A DNA stretch of 47,690 nucleotides, from assembly GCA_017994375.1 (NCBI GenBank), contig JAGOLA010000001.1, forward strand, positions 1-47,690, given 5' to 3'. Both the position numbers and the translations under genes were made by a program. Below are positions 46,906-47,690 of this stretch, piece after piece. Position 1 is the stretch's first letter; every line of letters starts with the position of its first letter. The DNA comes from Candidatus Omnitrophota bacterium. GTDB lineage: Bacteria > Omnitrophota > Gorgyraeia > Duberdicusellales > 4484-171. A model generated the notes under the pieces. It was not told the DNA's origin and made no database searches. It was given only the letters and a program-made list of their open reading frames with translations.

Positions 46906-47690
46906 ATGAAGGTACTTTTTTTAATCTTATTTTTTCTTATAGGCTGTTCTTCCCAGGATACAACTTCTACTTTACATGCTAGCTCGCAAGAAACCACAAA
47001 GGCTGTTAGTAAAATCAAAAGAACTAAGAACGTTCTTACTCAAGATAGCCTTAATAAGGAAGCTGAAAAAATATACCAAGAAGCACTTTCTCTTTATAAA
47101 AATAAAGAATATAAATCTGCTCTTGCTAAGTTTAAAACAGTTGAAAAGATTATCCCTGGGTACTTTAAGACAACACACTATATCAATTCTGCTACAAAAA
47201 TAATTACTCGAGAAACTAAGACCGCACGAAAGAAAGCTTTACAAGCCGAAGAAGAGCGCCTGCGTTTAGAGCAAGAGCGTCAATTAGCCGAACAAAAAGC
47301 TCAAGCTGAACGCCAGCGTCAAGAGCAGTTAGAAAAAGAGCGTACTCAAAAAGAAGAAGTCAAAGCTCTTAGCACTAAAGCCATAGCGCTCTACAATCAG
47401 AAAGATTACTCCCAAGCTCAGGAAGTTTTTAATAACATCTTAGCCTTAGATCCCAAGCACTCCCTAGCTAAGGTTTACTTAGAGACGCGTATTCCTCAAC
47501 AACTACAGCAATTAAAAGCCCAAGAAGAACGTGCTAAAGTTGAACAGGAGCGCCTAGCCCAAAAAGCCGAAGAAGAGCGCCTGCGTTTAGAGCAAGAGCG
47601 TCAATTAGCCGAACAAAAAGCTCAAGCTGAACGCCAGCGTCAAGAGCAGTTAGAAAAAGAGCGTACTCAAAAAGAAGAAGTCAAAGCTCT
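46906..47690 (+). CDS. repetitive lipoprotein with TPR-like units and Glu/Arg/Gln-rich coiled-coil segments, 3' end beyond the window
   Basis: Absent from the ORF track because it stays open to the window end. Hand translation gives MKVLFLILFFLIGC|SSQ (lipobox LIGC). TPR-like segments (EAEKIYQEALSLYKNKEYKSALAKF; KAIALYNQKDYSQAQEVFNNILALDP) alternate with EEERLRLEQERQLAEQKAQAERQRQEQLEKERTQKEE. Confidence 0.75.
   Translation, partial: MKVLFLILFFLIGCSSQDTTSTLHASSQETTKAVSKIKRTKNVLTQDSLNKEAEKIYQEALSLYKNKEYKSALAKFKTVEKIIPGYFKTTHYINSATKIITRETKTARKKALQAEEERLRLEQERQLAEQKAQAERQRQEQLEKERTQKEEVKALSTKAIALYNQKDYSQAQEVFNNILALDPKHSLAKVYLETRIPQQLQQLKAQEERAKVEQERLAQKAEEERLRLEQERQLAEQKAQAERQRQEQLEKERTQKEEVKA
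47245..47369 (+). repeat. 125-bp perfect direct repeat, copy 1 (inside the lipoprotein gene)
   Basis: GCCGAAGAAGAGCGCCTGCGTTTAGAGCAAGAGCGTCAATTAGCC...GTCAAAGCTCT is identical to 47566-47690. The offset is 321 bp (107 codons, in frame). Confidence 0.9.
47566..47690 (+). repeat. 125-bp perfect direct repeat, copy 2 (runs into the window end)
   Basis: Identical to 47245-47369 base for base, up to the last base of the window. Confidence 0.9.

Noticed and set aside
46972-47203. ORFs 46972-47178 (-) and 46976-47203 (+) listed in the track.
   Set aside because: Both overlap the longer open frame starting at 46906. That frame has a clean lipoprotein signal peptide and continues without stops to the window end.

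Overview
This window is an origin-proximal chromosomal segment from an AT-rich bacterium. It is probably a diderm, given the long periplasmic YidC N-domain, a GT9 heptosyltransferase, a Wzy_C/O-antigen-ligase-type protein and a C-terminal-Phe beta-barrel. All product calls rest on motifs I recognise in the supplied translations; no searches were run.

Layout:
- Left arm, all on the - strand: glmS (truncated), a small membrane protein, tRNA-Glu, gyrA, gyrB, DUF721, dnaN, dnaA.
- A complete strand switch falls at the dnaA/rpmH spacer (~9.8 kb), which carries three tandem DnaA boxes.
- Right arm, + strand: rpmH (missed by the ORF track), yidD and yidC; then four parS-like CCACGTGG palindromes, parA and parB; a NodB deacetylase, ndk, yicC-gmk-rpoZ; and a spaced cluster of tRNA-Cys/Leu/Val/Asp with a duplicated tRNA-Val 3' end.
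- A methyltransferase, a Lys-rich secreted protein and an excisionase-type HTH gene follow.
- Next is a tightly coupled ~21-kb glycan locus. It holds an MsbA/PglK-type ABC exporter, 11 glycosyltransferases, 2 methyltransferases, a deacetylase and a Wzy_C ligase-like protein. It ends with a PglE/PglC/PglF-like amino-sugar and priming trio.
- After that come a geranylgeranyl-reductase-family flavoprotein and a HAMP-GGDEF protein with a non-canonical GGDDF motif.
- A separately promoted operon closes the window: TM-anchored TPR protein, canonical PilZ, OM beta-barrel, and a repetitive coiled-coil lipoprotein.

The window ends inside a perfect 125-bp repeat. I saw no CRISPR array, transposase, integrase, rRNA or obvious pseudogene.

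The most promising candidate for something undescribed is the c-di-GMP-linked TPR/PilZ/beta-barrel/lipoprotein envelope operon next to the pgl-like glycan locus.
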